A stretch of DNA of 64,000 nt, taken from positions 712,788 through 776,787 of the forward strand of contig CP064989.1 in assembly GCA_016699875.1 (NCBI GenBank), in the 5' to 3' direction. The stretch comes from Candidatus Moraniibacteriota bacterium (lineage in GTDB: Bacteria; Patescibacteriota; Minisyncoccia; Moranbacterales; UBA1568). This document shows positions 40,501-50,241 of this stretch, one piece after another (the first letter of the stretch is position 1; the number at the start of each line of letters is the position of its first letter). Under the pieces are notes generated by a model. It was not told the origin of the DNA. It worked only from the letters and a program-made list of their open reading frames with translations, and did not search any database. The translations under genes were made by a program, and so were the position numbers.

Positions 40501-43500
40501 TACCACTGGCAGCGTCTGCTCCGGCTACCAAGCTGCCGGCTCCTACCTCACCACTTCTACTTCCTTTGCCGGCGGAGACATTGCTTCCGGAACCTACAAT
40601 ACTCTCTCTCTTGCTTCCAGTATCACTCGCGATACCGAATGGGATACCGCTGCCGAGATCAATGCGGCTACAACAGACACCGACTTCGCTTACGCCGCCC
40701 TCTCCAACCTCGCCTCCGTCGCCATCAACACGAGCCTCATCTCCGATACGGACAATACCGATGATCTCGGTTCTGCTGCTATTGGCTGGAAAGATATTTA
40801 CTCCCGCACCCTCAAGCTTGATGGATCTACCTCTGGCACGATTACTCTCCAAGCAGCTGCTACTGCAGGTACCAATACTATCACCCTTCCGGCAAGCACG
40901 GGGACAGTAGCGCTTACGAGCGATCTTCACTCCGCTGTCACATTCGGAGTCTCATCTTACGACTATCTCACCCTTTCCGGACAAGAAATCACTCTTGGAC
41001 AAATTGATCTCACAACCGATGTGACAGGAACGCTGCCGGTGGGGAATGGGGGGACGGGCGTAGCGACCTTCGGCGGGACGAATACACTTCTCTATACTTC
41101 TTCTGCTAATACGCTTGCATCGATTGCGACTGCAAATTCTTCATTCTTGACCACGAACGGTTCTGGTGTGCCGAGCTTTGCCGCGCTTTCTGCAGACACA
41201 TTTACTCAGTATGCACTTCTTGCCGGAAGAAGCGGAGGGCAGACCATTATTGGCGGAACAGGTGCGGGCGATGACCTCACATTCCAGACAACCTCCAATG
41301 GTACCAAAGGCTCATATATCTTCTCCGAACTCGGAAGTGGACTGGTGCTTTCAACATCGGGAACGCTTTCAGTGGTTACAAATACGCTTCATACACAGAA
41401 TACGGACACAGGAACAGATGGCACGACATTCACGGTTGGGGATGGCACTACGGTATTTACGGTTGATACCAGCGCGACCAACGATACTATTATTATCGAG
41501 CAGGGAACATACGATTCTATACTCTCTTTCACTCAACCGGGTGCTGCTGACCAAACCTATACGTTCGCAACAGGAGGAACAGTTTGTACCACTGGCAGCG
41601 TCTGCTCCGGCTACCAAGCCGCCGGCTCCTACCTCACCACTTCTACTTCCTTTGCCGGCGGAGATATCGCTTCCGGAACCTACAATACTCTCTCTCTTGC
41701 TTCCAGTATCACTCGCGATACCGAATGGGATACCGCTGCCGAGATCAATGCGGCTACAACAGACACCGACTTCGCTTACGCCGCCCTCTCTAATCTCTCC
41801 TCCGTCGCCATCAACACGAGCCTTATCTCCGATACGGACAATACCGATGATCTCGGTTCTGCTGCTATTGGCTGGAAAGATATTTACTCCCGCACCCTCA
41901 AGCTTGATGGATCTACCTCTGGCACGATTACTCTCCAAGCAGCCGCTACTGCAGGTACCAACACCATCACCCTTCCGGCAAGTACAGGGACAGTAGCGCT
42001 CACCAGTGATCTTCACTCTGCGGTTACCCTCTCTGGATCCTACGACTACATCACCCTCTCTGGACAAGACATCGTCCGAGGACAAATCGACCTTACGACC
42101 GATGTGACAGGGACACTGCCGGTGGGGAATGGGGGGACGGGCGCGATTACATTTACCACGAATGGTATTCTCTATGGCAATGGTACGAGTGCTATTGCGG
42201 TAACAGCAGCTGGAACAGATACGCAAATACTTTCCAATTCATCGGGCACGCCGGGATGGATCAATCAGTCCTCTATTAGTGCGGGCACACTCGACGGTAT
42301 CGATTCGCTCTCATTCCTCCGATCCGACACGAGTGACTCTTTCACGAGCGGCACGCTTTCATTTTCCGACGGAACACTGCTCGATCTCTCATCAATTGCT
42401 CATGATGACTCGGCTCCACAAGGTTTGAAACTCCCACAGAACACAACGCTCACAAATATCGTTGGCGGTGGGGCAGGGTATATCGCGTATGATACGACGG
42501 CGAATACGGTAAAGATGTTTAATGGCACCTCTTGGCTGAGCATTGGTGGTGCTTCAACTACACTTCAAGATGCGTACAGTAATGATGTTGATGGATCTGA
42601 CGCAACGATTTCTCTCACAACCGCCGATGATTCACTTATCTTTACCAATCCATCTTCAAGCGGGACGGACTCCGCGTTTTTGCTCCAGCTTAATCAGGCT
42701 AATACGACCGCTGGTGTTGTTGCGCTTGACATTATTCAGTCATCAAACAATGCGAATGCTGTCAACATCACTGCCAACTCAATCGATACGGAGACAGGAC
42801 TCTCTGTTACGGCGAATGCGCTTACAACTGGAACGGGTTTAAGCGTTACACATACTACAAGTGTCATTGCTAATGGTGGATCGCTTTTGCGTCTTTCTTC
42901 AAGTTCGGTTGATACCAGTACGACAACGGGGACACTTCTCGATCTTTCTTCCACCGGATCAACTGCCGGAACGATTGCGCTTATTACCAACAACACGGCT
43001 TCATTCACAGGAATTACTCAAAGCATCGTAGCGAACGGTATTTCGTCGGGTACCGGTCTTGCTATTGCCTCTTCCTCTGCCGCTATGACCGGTTCTCTCC
43101 AGTCCATCACGCTTTCCGGAAGCAATGCTTCAAACACAGGCAATCTTCTCTATCTCAATAGTTCCGGTGCGAACAGTGTTGCGAAAGCTTTGAACGTTGC
43201 TATTGCCTCGACCGGGAACTTCTCGACAACCGGAGGTGTGAACTTTACCTTTAGTGGAGCACACACGGGGACAGGATTTGCCGTAAGCGATGCAACGGCA
43301 ACCGGGACAGCAGTCTCTATCACGGCAAACAGTATCTCGACCGGCACGGGTGTGAGTATTGCTTCGACGTCGACCGCTGGCGGTGCGAGTGGATCTTCCT
43401 ATCTCCTCAATCTCTCCCGAAGCGGTGCGAATTCCAATTCGAGCCATACAGCATACGGCATATATTCCTCAGTGACGAATACCGGTACCTCGGCAGTCAA

Positions 43501-45298
43501 TTACGCGGGATATTTCAGTTCGACCACTTCCGGAACAACCTCAACAGCTGTTGGTGGCTACTTCAGTGCTAGTGGTGGAACGACAGCAAATTACGGACTC
43601 CTTGTTGCGGCAGGAAGTGTTGGTATTGGTACGACAGCGCCGGTCTCCGGTCTCGAGCTCTATTCTTCCGCCGCAAGCGACGACATTTTTACACTGACAT
43701 CCGCTACAGCCACGAATGATCCACTCCTCAAATTCCGTACTGGTACAACACCAGCTGTTCAATTCTCGCTCGGTGTCGACACGAGTGATTCCAATACGTT
43801 CAAGATTGACTCCAATGATGGACTTTCTACCTCGCCAGACTTCAAGATCGACTCGACCGGACAAACTACGATTGCGAATGCCGTCTTGGGTGCACAGAGT
43901 TTTCCGGAGGATGCGGGTATCGTGAGCTGGGTGGATATGAGCGTGACCAGCTCTTCGGCTGATAATACGGTTGAGAGCTATTCGGCGCAGATTGATAGTA
44001 ATCCGATTCTCACAATTTATGCGCTTTCTGATGGAGCAGGGAGTATCGATAACAAAGGTGTCGGCATTGGTACGACAGCGCCGTCTTATATGCTTGATGT
44101 GTATGACGATACGGCATCAGACTATGCGGCACGGTTCTTTAATGATGGAAACAATGCAAATCGATATGGCATTGTGATTCAGGCGGGAGCTGATGATGCA
44201 AGTGGTACCACTTATTATTTAAATGCTCTTGATGGTGATGGCGGGCAAGTTGGATATATTGCCAATACATCTGGAACTTTCGCACTTACTGATGTTTCTG
44301 ATGTTCGAACAAAGACAAATATAGAGAGTACCACTTTTGAAGGGCTTGATATAATTAATGCTCTTCGAGTTGTTGATTTTAATCGTTTGAGCAATCCTGA
44401 TGGACCAGAAATTACAGGATTTATTGCGCAAGAGGTATTATCGGTATATCCGAAAGCAGTAACTATCAGTTCGAGCGGATACTTTGGTATTGCAAAGAGC
44501 GAATTTATTCCAGTTATTGTAAAAGCACTCCAAGAAGAAGACTCTCGTGTTAATAGTATTGAAACAAAGGTGGACACCCTATTTCAAGGGAATGCGAGCA
44601 AATTGACGAGTCTTGTGCTTGAAACAAATAGTCAAGCAACAACACTTTCTGGACTGAAAATATCAGTAGATGAGCAGTTCGCGCTTGCGGCAGCACAGCT
44701 CAATGCGATGAGTGCGCGCCTCTCAACACTCGAGACGGCGAGCACTGACTACGAAGCGCGCCTCGCAGCAAATGAGACGGCGATTACCGGATTTGAATCG
44801 CGTCTCGCGACACTTGAAGAAACAAATGATGCGCTTCTCGATTTCTACAATGCATTCGAGCTTGGGAATGTGCTTGCCAAGGATACGGAAGGCAATCTGG
44901 ATCTTTTGAACGGACGGCTCCGCGCAAAGACAGTACGGACCGGTGCACTCGAAATCGAGATTGTAGACAGTGCCAATCCCACCATTGGCACGCTCGAAAT
45001 TCTACCAGTCGCCAAAGACGAAGACGGCGACGGAATCGATGATTGGTCGAAGCTCGCTCTGGACGATCCGGAAGTGGTAGCGCGCGATGGAAAGACGGCA
45101 AAGGTGTTGACGGGCGCAGTTACAAATCTTTCTCGCGTCTTCGTGAACTTTGTAGATAATCCCGGCTCCACTTCATGGCGCGAGCGTTCTCGCGGTGGGG
45201 ATGGGGAATATGACGGCTTCCTGATTCATCTGGCTGAGCCGGTTTCGGCGCCGGTCCGGGCGGACTGGTTCCTGGTGGAGGAGCGTGATGTTGAATAA
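31520..45298 (+). CDS. Giant (~4590 codons if repaired) phage tail-fibre-like repetitive surface protein. It appears as three ORFs (31520..37504, 37162..39117, 39008..45298) because of two frameshifts inside repeat copies. Either a pseudogene, phase-variable, or an assembly artefact.
   Basis: N-terminal signal anchor (FIVLLSVGILAGVCLWGMASQSVFAQA). Many GGTG-containing ~159-aa repeats (LSRGGTGSSLSDPNADRILFWDDSAGAVTWLSPSSNLSISTTTLDLASS...). Near-identical DNA repeats throughout. A C-terminal intramolecular-chaperone (S74-like) domain. Protein sequence on each side of both frame breaks continues the same repeat unit. Confidence 0.8.
33309..34590 (+). repeat. Two near-identical direct copies (~520 bp each, period 756 bp) of repeat family A inside the giant gene
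   Basis: 33309-33830 versus 34065-34590 (ccctcaccaccgacaccaccggcaactacgtccaatcc ... ggggtgggagtgcaaccgcagtgggggaaggtggc). They are almost identical at the DNA level. Confidence 0.85.
37027..38580 (+). repeat. ~1.55-kb segmental duplicate of 34065..35710 (repeat families A+C+B in the same order), carrying the G5-to-G4 frameshift
   Basis: 37027-37445 matches 34175-34590; 37445-38105 matches 34590-35255; 38105-38580 matches 35255-35710. All are near-identical DNA. Confidence 0.8.
38105..39300 (+). repeat. Tandem array of ~2.5 near-identical copies of the 477-bp (159-aa) B repeat
   Basis: The unit starting ctctccgaccccaatgctgaccgcatcc recurs at 38105, 38582 and 39059. Further copies lie at 35255 and 36125. 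The second frameshift lies in the third tandem copy. Confidence 0.85.
40499..42145 (+). repeat. Two copies of repeat family D (~390 bp near-identical, ~560 bp homologous; period 1086 bp)
   Basis: 40499-40890 versus 41585-41975 (tgtaccactggcagcgtctgctccggctaccaagc ... ccggcaag). Divergent but homologous to ~41060 and ~42145. Confidence 0.8.
44290..44580 (+). other. Intramolecular chaperone auto-processing domain (peptidase S74 / chaperone of endosialidase-like) near the C-terminus of the giant protein
   Basis: DVSDVRTKTNIESTTFEGLDIINALRVVDFNRLSNPDGPEITGFIAQEVLSVYPKAVTISSSGYFGIAKSEFIPVIVKALQEE. It matches the S-D-x-R-x-K ... GFIAQEV ... P-x-AV ... GY ... L-IP-L-EA-K pattern of phage tail-fibre/tailspike C-terminal chaperone domains. 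A further ~240-aa coiled-coil-rich tail follows. Confidence 0.7.
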
Positions 45299-45383
45299 GT
45301 GATTGATTGATAGAGGAAACCTTATTCCGTAAAACGGCACTTCACAGTATGCGATCAAGAAAAAGACAAAATCGGTTTGTACA

Positions 45384-45938
45384 ATGGTTCTTCATTGCTC
45401 TCTTCCTCATCCTTGGCGTTGGGGGTATTTTTGGTACCAGTCGAAAGCGGGTATTACTACAAATGTGAACGATAGCTACAACGAAACTGTAACCAGCGGC
45501 CTTGCCGGACAGTGGACATTCGATGCGGCTGATATGGATTGGAGCACAGCGAATGAAGTGGTTGATAGAACAGCCAATAGCAATGATGGAGATGTCGGCT
45601 CCGCAATCGATACGAGCAACATGACAGGTGGAAAGATAGGGCAGGCGATGAAGTTCAATGGAGTCGACGAATACGTCTCTATTGCCGACAATGCAACACT
45701 CGATGTCGATGCTTCGAGCGATATCACGCTCTCAGGCTGGTTCAATCGGGTGCCATCTTGGGGGACATCGTATGATTCTCCGGCATCAAACGTGTTTTCT
45801 CTCGCCACTGATTCCACCAACCACTCTACCAATAATGTCATTTATGCCAGTAGCGGGAGTGCGGGCATCATCTACCGTTGCGATATCGCCGCCACCAACT
45901 GCGACGCCGGTAGCGATTGGACCGAATGGGATGGATAA
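45384..45938 (+). CDS. Small LamG-like (jelly-roll lectin) domain protein. A TM anchor is encoded in a different frame just upstream (ATG 45349); probable frameshift at a G5/T5 tract.
   Basis: LAGQWTFDAADMDWSTANEVVDRTANSNDGDVGSAI...GQAMKFNGVDEYVSIADNATLDV...ITLSGWFNRV is a LamG signature. Frame +1 from ATG 45349 encodes MRSRKRQNRFVQWFFIALFLILGVGGIFG..., which stops at 45464-45466. Confidence 0.6.
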   Translation: MVLHCSLPHPWRWGYFWYQSKAGITTNVNDSYNETVTSGLAGQWTFDAADMDWSTANEVVDRTANSNDGDVGSAIDTSNMTGGKIGQAMKFNGVDEYVSIADNATLDVDASSDITLSGWFNRVPSWGTSYDSPASNVFSLATDSTNHSTNNVIYASSGSAGIIYRCDIAATNCDAGSDWTEWDG

Positions 45939-46022
45939 AATGTGAAATGGGGGCGTTTCTGTGGCTTGTGTCTGTTCTCTTTGAGAAGACACGTGTCAGC
46001 CTGTTTCTCAATGGTAGTCTTA

Positions 46023-46051
46023 TTGACTTTCCCGCTATTTTCGAAGATACT
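46023..46051 (+). promoter_or_regulatory. Candidate sigma-70 promoter for the atp operon (TTGACT-17 nt-GATACT)
   Basis: Hexamers at 46023-46028 and 46046-46051, ~60 nt upstream of atpB. Confidence 0.3.
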
Positions 46052-46110
46052 GGAAGCAAGGGAAGGTTTGAATTTTATCTGCTTTTGAGCAGAATGTTTT
46101 TGTTTGTGGT

Positions 46111-46857
46111 ATGAATATATCCATTGCGGCGGAAACACTCTTTCATTTGTGGGGGTTTCCGGTCACAAATACCATTATTCTGACACTGATAATCAGTGTC
46201 ACACTTATGTTGTTTTCGGCGCTTTTTTTTAAGAAGCTTTCCCTGGTGCCAGGCCGAGTGCAAGCGGGGGTTGAAGCGGTATTTGAAGCACTCTGGAATC
46301 TTGTGGCAGATGTTGCCGGGAATGAGCGATTGGCACGGAAATTTTTCCCGATAGTGGCGACCATTTTTCTTTTTGTGCTCTTTTCGAACTGGATCGAATT
46401 GGTGCCAGGCCTCGGTACGATTGGTCTTCGCGAGGGACATGAGGTGATTCCATTTTTGCGGAGCGCGTCTGCGGACCTTAATATGACGCTTGCGATCTCT
46501 CTCGTAGTAGTTTTTTCGGTGCAATTCATCGGAATTGCCACGATCGGTACGGCGAAATATGCGAGTAAGTTCTTGGTAAGTCCGTTTCGGAAACCCTATG
46601 GCGTCGGGACATTTATGGGAATTCTGGAGCTTATGGGCGAAGCGACACGTGTTATCTCGTTCTCTTTTCGTCTTTTCGGGAATATTTTCGCGGGCGAAGT
46701 GCTCCTCATTGTCGTGTTAAACTTAGTTCCGTATTTTGTGCCGCTTCCTTTTCTCTTCCTCGAGCTCTTTGTGGGCGTGGTGCAGGCGGCTGTCTTTTCT
46801 ATTTTGACGCTGGTTTTCCTCAAGATGGCAACTCTCGAACCGGAGCATGCTCATTGA
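46111..46857 (+). CDS. atpB: F0F1 ATP synthase subunit a
   Basis: Polytopic membrane protein with the RLFGNIFAGEVLL motif containing the essential Arg. Confidence 0.95.
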   Translation: MNISIAAETLFHLWGFPVTNTIILTLIISVTLMLFSALFFKKLSLVPGRVQAGVEAVFEALWNLVADVAGNERLARKFFPIVATIFLFVLFSNWIELVPGLGTIGLREGHEVIPFLRSASADLNMTLAISLVVVFSVQFIGIATIGTAKYASKFLVSPFRKPYGVGTFMGILELMGEATRVISFSFRLFGNIFAGEVLLIVVLNLVPYFVPLPFLFLELFVGVVQAAVFSILTLVFLKMATLEPEHAH

Positions 46858-46879
46858 GGAATGTTTATTAACTGTTTAA

Positions 46880-47161
46880 GTGGTAATCAATACGTTTATG
46901 GAAGAAGCAAAGATGGCGGCGGAGACGCTCGCGGGGAATTCGGAAGGGCTGAAGTATATCGGCGCGGCACTGGCAATTGGATTGGGCGCGCTTGGGACAG
47001 GGCTTGGTATGGGCCTTTTCTTTAGCAAGGTGATGGAATCCTTGGGGCGAAACCCGGAGGCGAGTTCGAAGATGCAAATCCCGATGTTTTTGGGTGTTGC
47101 GTTTACCGAGGCGATCGCTATCTATTCGCTCGTGGTGGCGCTTATCATACTTTTTAGCTAG
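46880..47161 (+). CDS. atpE: F0F1 ATP synthase subunit c
   Basis: Hairpin proteolipid: GLGALGTGLGMGLFFSKVMESLGRNPEASSKMQIPMFLGVAFTEAIAIYSLVVALIILF, with the carboxylate Glu in helix 2. The likely start is the internal Met at ~46898. Confidence 0.9.
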   Translation: MVINTFMEEAKMAAETLAGNSEGLKYIGAALAIGLGALGTGLGMGLFFSKVMESLGRNPEASSKMQIPMFLGVAFTEAIAIYSLVVALIILFS

Positions 47162-47226
47162 TTTTCCGGTAAGTAAGGAGACGATGGGCTACGAGATATA
47201 AGTAGAGCTGGTTTTCTCTTGTTGTT

Positions 47227-47718
47227 ATGGATGTATTGTCCAAACTCGGCATTGATTGGAAGTTGCTTGTCGCGCAAGTGATAAACTTTTTGGTGCTCCT
47301 ATGGGTGCTGCGGAAGTTTGCCTATCGCCCCATGTTGGAATTTCTTGAGAAGCGGGCAAAACACATAGAATCCGGACTTCGCGATGCCAAGCGCGCGACG
47401 GAGAAACTCTCCGAAATCGAAGCGAAGGAGCGCGAAGTGCTCGAAGAGGCGCGCAAGGAATCGGCGGCAATCGTGGCTCGTGCTCGGGAATCGGCGGAAA
47501 AGATAGCAGACAAGGTTATGGCTGAATCGCGCGAAGAATCCGAACGGATCCTTGTTGAAACACGCAAGAAGTTGGAAGCAGAGCGCGAGAGTGTGCGAGT
47601 GGAGATGAAGCGCGAGCTTGTCGGACTGGTGCTCTTGGCAACAGAGAAAGTGCTGGCCGAGAAACTCAACAGAGCGGATGATGAAGTTTTGATACGGAAA
47701 GCTGTTGAAAAGCTTTAA
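47227..47718 (+). CDS. atpF: F0F1 ATP synthase subunit b
   Basis: N-terminal TM (LLVAQVINFLVLLWVL) followed by a long Glu/Arg/Lys/Ala-rich helix. 163 aa. Confidence 0.85.
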   Translation: MDVLSKLGIDWKLLVAQVINFLVLLWVLRKFAYRPMLEFLEKRAKHIESGLRDAKRATEKLSEIEAKEREVLEEARKESAAIVARARESAEKIADKVMAESREESERILVETRKKLEAERESVRVEMKRELVGLVLLATEKVLAEKLNRADDEVLIRKAVEKL

Positions 47719-47721
47719 TCT

Positions 47722-48132
47722 ATGCGTATCACGCCGAGACAATATGCGGAGGGATTATATGAGGCAATGAGACATGTCGGTGATTCCGATCGTCGGACGA
47801 AACTCATTGACCGGTTTCTCTTGATGCTTGTGCGCGATCGCCGTCGGAGCGACATCCCGCTTGTTCTCCGCCACCTTGATCGGATAGCCGAGCGGGAAAC
47901 GGGCGTGAAGTTTGTTGAAGCTGTGTCTGCAAAGCCGCTTCATGCCACATCGAAAACATCACTGGAACGAGTTGGGGAAAAACTATTCGGCGGAAAAGAG
48001 GTACGTTTGCGGCAAAAGGTGAGTGCGACGCTCCTTGGTGGAGCGCTGCTTCAGACAGAAGACGAATCAGTCGATATGAGCATTGGCGGGCGGTTTGGGC
48101 AGTTGGCACGGTTTATACAGGGCAGTTTGTAA
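47722..48132 (+). CDS. atpH: F0F1 ATP synthase subunit delta (OSCP), short form
   Basis: Position in the operon between b and alpha. The C-terminal LLGGALLQTEDESVDMSIGGRFGQLARFI resembles the delta-subunit C-terminal motif. Only 136 aa. Confidence 0.7.
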   Translation: MRITPRQYAEGLYEAMRHVGDSDRRTKLIDRFLLMLVRDRRRSDIPLVLRHLDRIAERETGVKFVEAVSAKPLHATSKTSLERVGEKLFGGKEVRLRQKVSATLLGGALLQTEDESVDMSIGGRFGQLARFIQGSL

Positions 48133-48149
48133 AATATATACTCTCGGCC

Positions 48150-48557
48150 ATGAAAAGTCTTGATTTGGTTATTCTTGTCGATGCGGTTCATACCTTCATT
48201 ATTGAAGACAATGAGAATTTTTCTGTTTCAGAAGAAATGTTTGCACTTTTGGAGAAATTTCCGCAGAGAAAGATTCTTCTTACGGGAGCGGATGACAATC
48301 AGTATAAGAAATTCGGATTGGATGCTGTTCCCTACGAAGTTTTTACAATGAAACATCATCCGGAAAAAACCGATCCGACGTATTTCCATACATTCCTGGA
48401 GACATTTGGTTTGAAACCGGATCAAGTTATCTATTTTGAACACGATAAGGAGGCGGTAAAAAGTGCGGAATCTGTTGGAATTAAAACGTACTTCTATAAT
48501 TCTAAAGAACGTGATTTGAAATCATTGGAGGAATTCTTGCGAGCGCATCTCAAATAG
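48150..48557 (+). CDS. Small HAD-like hydrolase-fold protein inserted between atpH and atpA (motif I degenerate: DAV instead of DxD)
   Basis: LVILVDAVHTF (motif I-like), KILLTGA (motif II Thr), KKFG (motif III Lys), VIYFEHDKEAVKSAESVGI (motif IV). 135 aa. Confidence 0.45.
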   Translation: MKSLDLVILVDAVHTFIIEDNENFSVSEEMFALLEKFPQRKILLTGADDNQYKKFGLDAVPYEVFTMKHHPEKTDPTYFHTFLETFGLKPDQVIYFEHDKEAVKSAESVGIKTYFYNSKERDLKSLEEFLRAHLK

Positions 48558-48575
48558 CTTATCTAGCGATATCTT

Positions 48576-50078
48576 ATGACACAGAATTCAATCGTGGAGG
48601 AGATTCGGAAGCGAATAGAACAATTTGAGTCGACAGTGAAACGCGAAGAGACGGGCGCCGTGCTCGAAGTGGGCGATGGCGTAGCACGCGTCTCGGGACT
48701 TGCGAATGTTGCCGCGGGAGAGATGGTGGAGTTTGAAAATGGCGTTTTAGGAATGGCGCTCAATCTTGAGGAAGATATGGCGGGGGTTATCCTCTTGGGT
48801 GAGGCGGGCGATCTTCGAGAGGGAAGCCGTGTCAAATCAACGGGAAAAATTCTCTCGGTGCCGGTCGGGAAGAATGTGATCGGGCGCGTAGTGAATGCTC
48901 TGGGTGTTCCGATTGATGGCAGGGGCGAGATGGTGCCCGATGCGTTCCGTTCGGTTGAGCGGGTAGCGCCCGGCGTGATGGCGCGCGAGTCAGTGAAGCA
49001 GCCTTTGCAGACCGGTATCAAGGCGATCGATGCGCTCATCCCGGTCGGGCGCGGTCAGCGCGAACTCATCATTGGTGACCGACAGACCGGGAAAACCGCA
49101 GTTGCAATTGATACAATCCTGAATCAAAAGGGTCAAAACGTTCTCTGCTTCTACATTGCAATCGGACAGAAAGAATCCAAAGTAGCGCGCATTGTGTCTG
49201 AGTTGGAAAAAGGTGGCGCCATGGAATATACGACGGTGGTCGTTGCTGGTGTATCGGAGCCGGCGGCGCTCTCATTTCTCTCGCCCTATGCGGGGTGCGC
49301 GATGGGTGAGTACTTCATGGAGCAGGGAAAGGACGTACTTGTTGTTTACGACGATCTCTCGAAACATGCCGCTGCTTACCGACAAATCTCGCTCATCCTT
49401 CGTCGGCCGCCGGGGCGCGAGGCATACCCGGGCGATGTGTTTTATTTGCACTCGCGACTTCTCGAGCGAAGTGCGAAACTTTCCAAAGATATGGGGAGCG
49501 GATCCATTACGGCACTTCCTATTATTGAGACGCAGGCGGGTGATGTGTCGGCGTATATCCCGACCAATGTTATCTCGATTACCGACGGACAGATTTACCT
49601 CGAGGCCGACCTGTTCTACAAAGGTATTCGTCCGGCTTTGAATGTGGGACTCTCCGTGTCGCGTGTCGGGAGTTCGGCTCAGATCAAAGCGATGAAGCAG
49701 GTCGCGGGGACACTCCGGTTGGATTTGGCGCAGTTCCGCGAGCTTGAAGCCTTTGCGCAGTTCGGTTCCGATCTCGATGAGAAGACGAAAGAACAGATCG
49801 AACGCGGCAAGCGCGGTGTCGAGGTGCTCAAACAGAAACAGTACTCGCCGCTTTCGGTTGAGCAGGAAGTTGCTGTGCTTTACGCGCTCACACGCGGACA
49901 TCTCGACAAGGTGCCGGTTGAGAGGATGGGCGAATGGGAAGAGAAATTTCTCGAGTATCTCGAGACGGATGGCGATGATTTTCTCGGAGCGCTTGGGAGC
50001 AAGAAATCGCTCGATGAAGAAACGGAAGAAATGCTCAAGAGACATATCGAGACATTTCAAAAGAGCTTTTCGATGTGA
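48576..50078 (+). CDS. atpA: F0F1 ATP synthase subunit alpha
   Basis: Walker A GDRQTGKT, alpha-specific regions, 500 aa. Confidence 0.95.
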   Translation: MTQNSIVEEIRKRIEQFESTVKREETGAVLEVGDGVARVSGLANVAAGEMVEFENGVLGMALNLEEDMAGVILLGEAGDLREGSRVKSTGKILSVPVGKNVIGRVVNALGVPIDGRGEMVPDAFRSVERVAPGVMARESVKQPLQTGIKAIDALIPVGRGQRELIIGDRQTGKTAVAIDTILNQKGQNVLCFYIAIGQKESKVARIVSELEKGGAMEYTTVVVAGVSEPAALSFLSPYAGCAMGEYFMEQGKDVLVVYDDLSKHAAAYRQISLILRRPPGREAYPGDVFYLHSRLLERSAKLSKDMGSGSITALPIIETQAGDVSAYIPTNVISITDGQIYLEADLFYKGIRPALNVGLSVSRVGSSAQIKAMKQVAGTLRLDLAQFRELEAFAQFGSDLDEKTKEQIERGKRGVEVLKQKQYSPLSVEQEVAVLYALTRGHLDKVPVERMGEWEEKFLEYLETDGDDFLGALGSKKSLDEETEEMLKRHIETFQKSFSM

Positions 50079-50089
50079 TATTTTTTTGT

Positions 50090-50218
50090 TCGTCATTCCC
50101 GTGAAAACGGGAATCCAGTTGCGACTCGTTCAGGATTGCATTCTGTGAATGAAACTTGCAACGATATTTGTTGAGGGTGAGTGGAACCTGGTTCCCCGCC
50201 TTCGCGGGGATGACGAGT
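50090..50218 (+). repeat. 129-bp hairpin-rich palindromic repeat element in the atpA-atpG intergenic region; same family as the in-frame copy in leuS
   Basis: Terminal inverted repeats CGTCATTCCCG / CGGGGATGACG. 5' hairpin ATTCCCGT-gaaa-ACGGGAAT (GNRA loop). 3' hairpin TCCCCGC-cttc-GCGGGGA. A central stem GTTGC...GCAAC. The 5' 27 nt and 3' ~25 nt are homologous to 56395-56467. Confidence 0.6.
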
Positions 50219-50241
50219 GTGGATAAAATCTATTTTGCTTT

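Noticed and set aside
31520-45298. Possibility that the repetitive 14-kb region is a CRISPR array or a satellite rather than a gene
   Set aside because: The repeats are 0.4-1.6 kb, lie within one continuous codon-consistent frame apart from two single-nucleotide indels, and encode a coherent beta-rich repeat protein. There are no short direct repeats with unique spacers.
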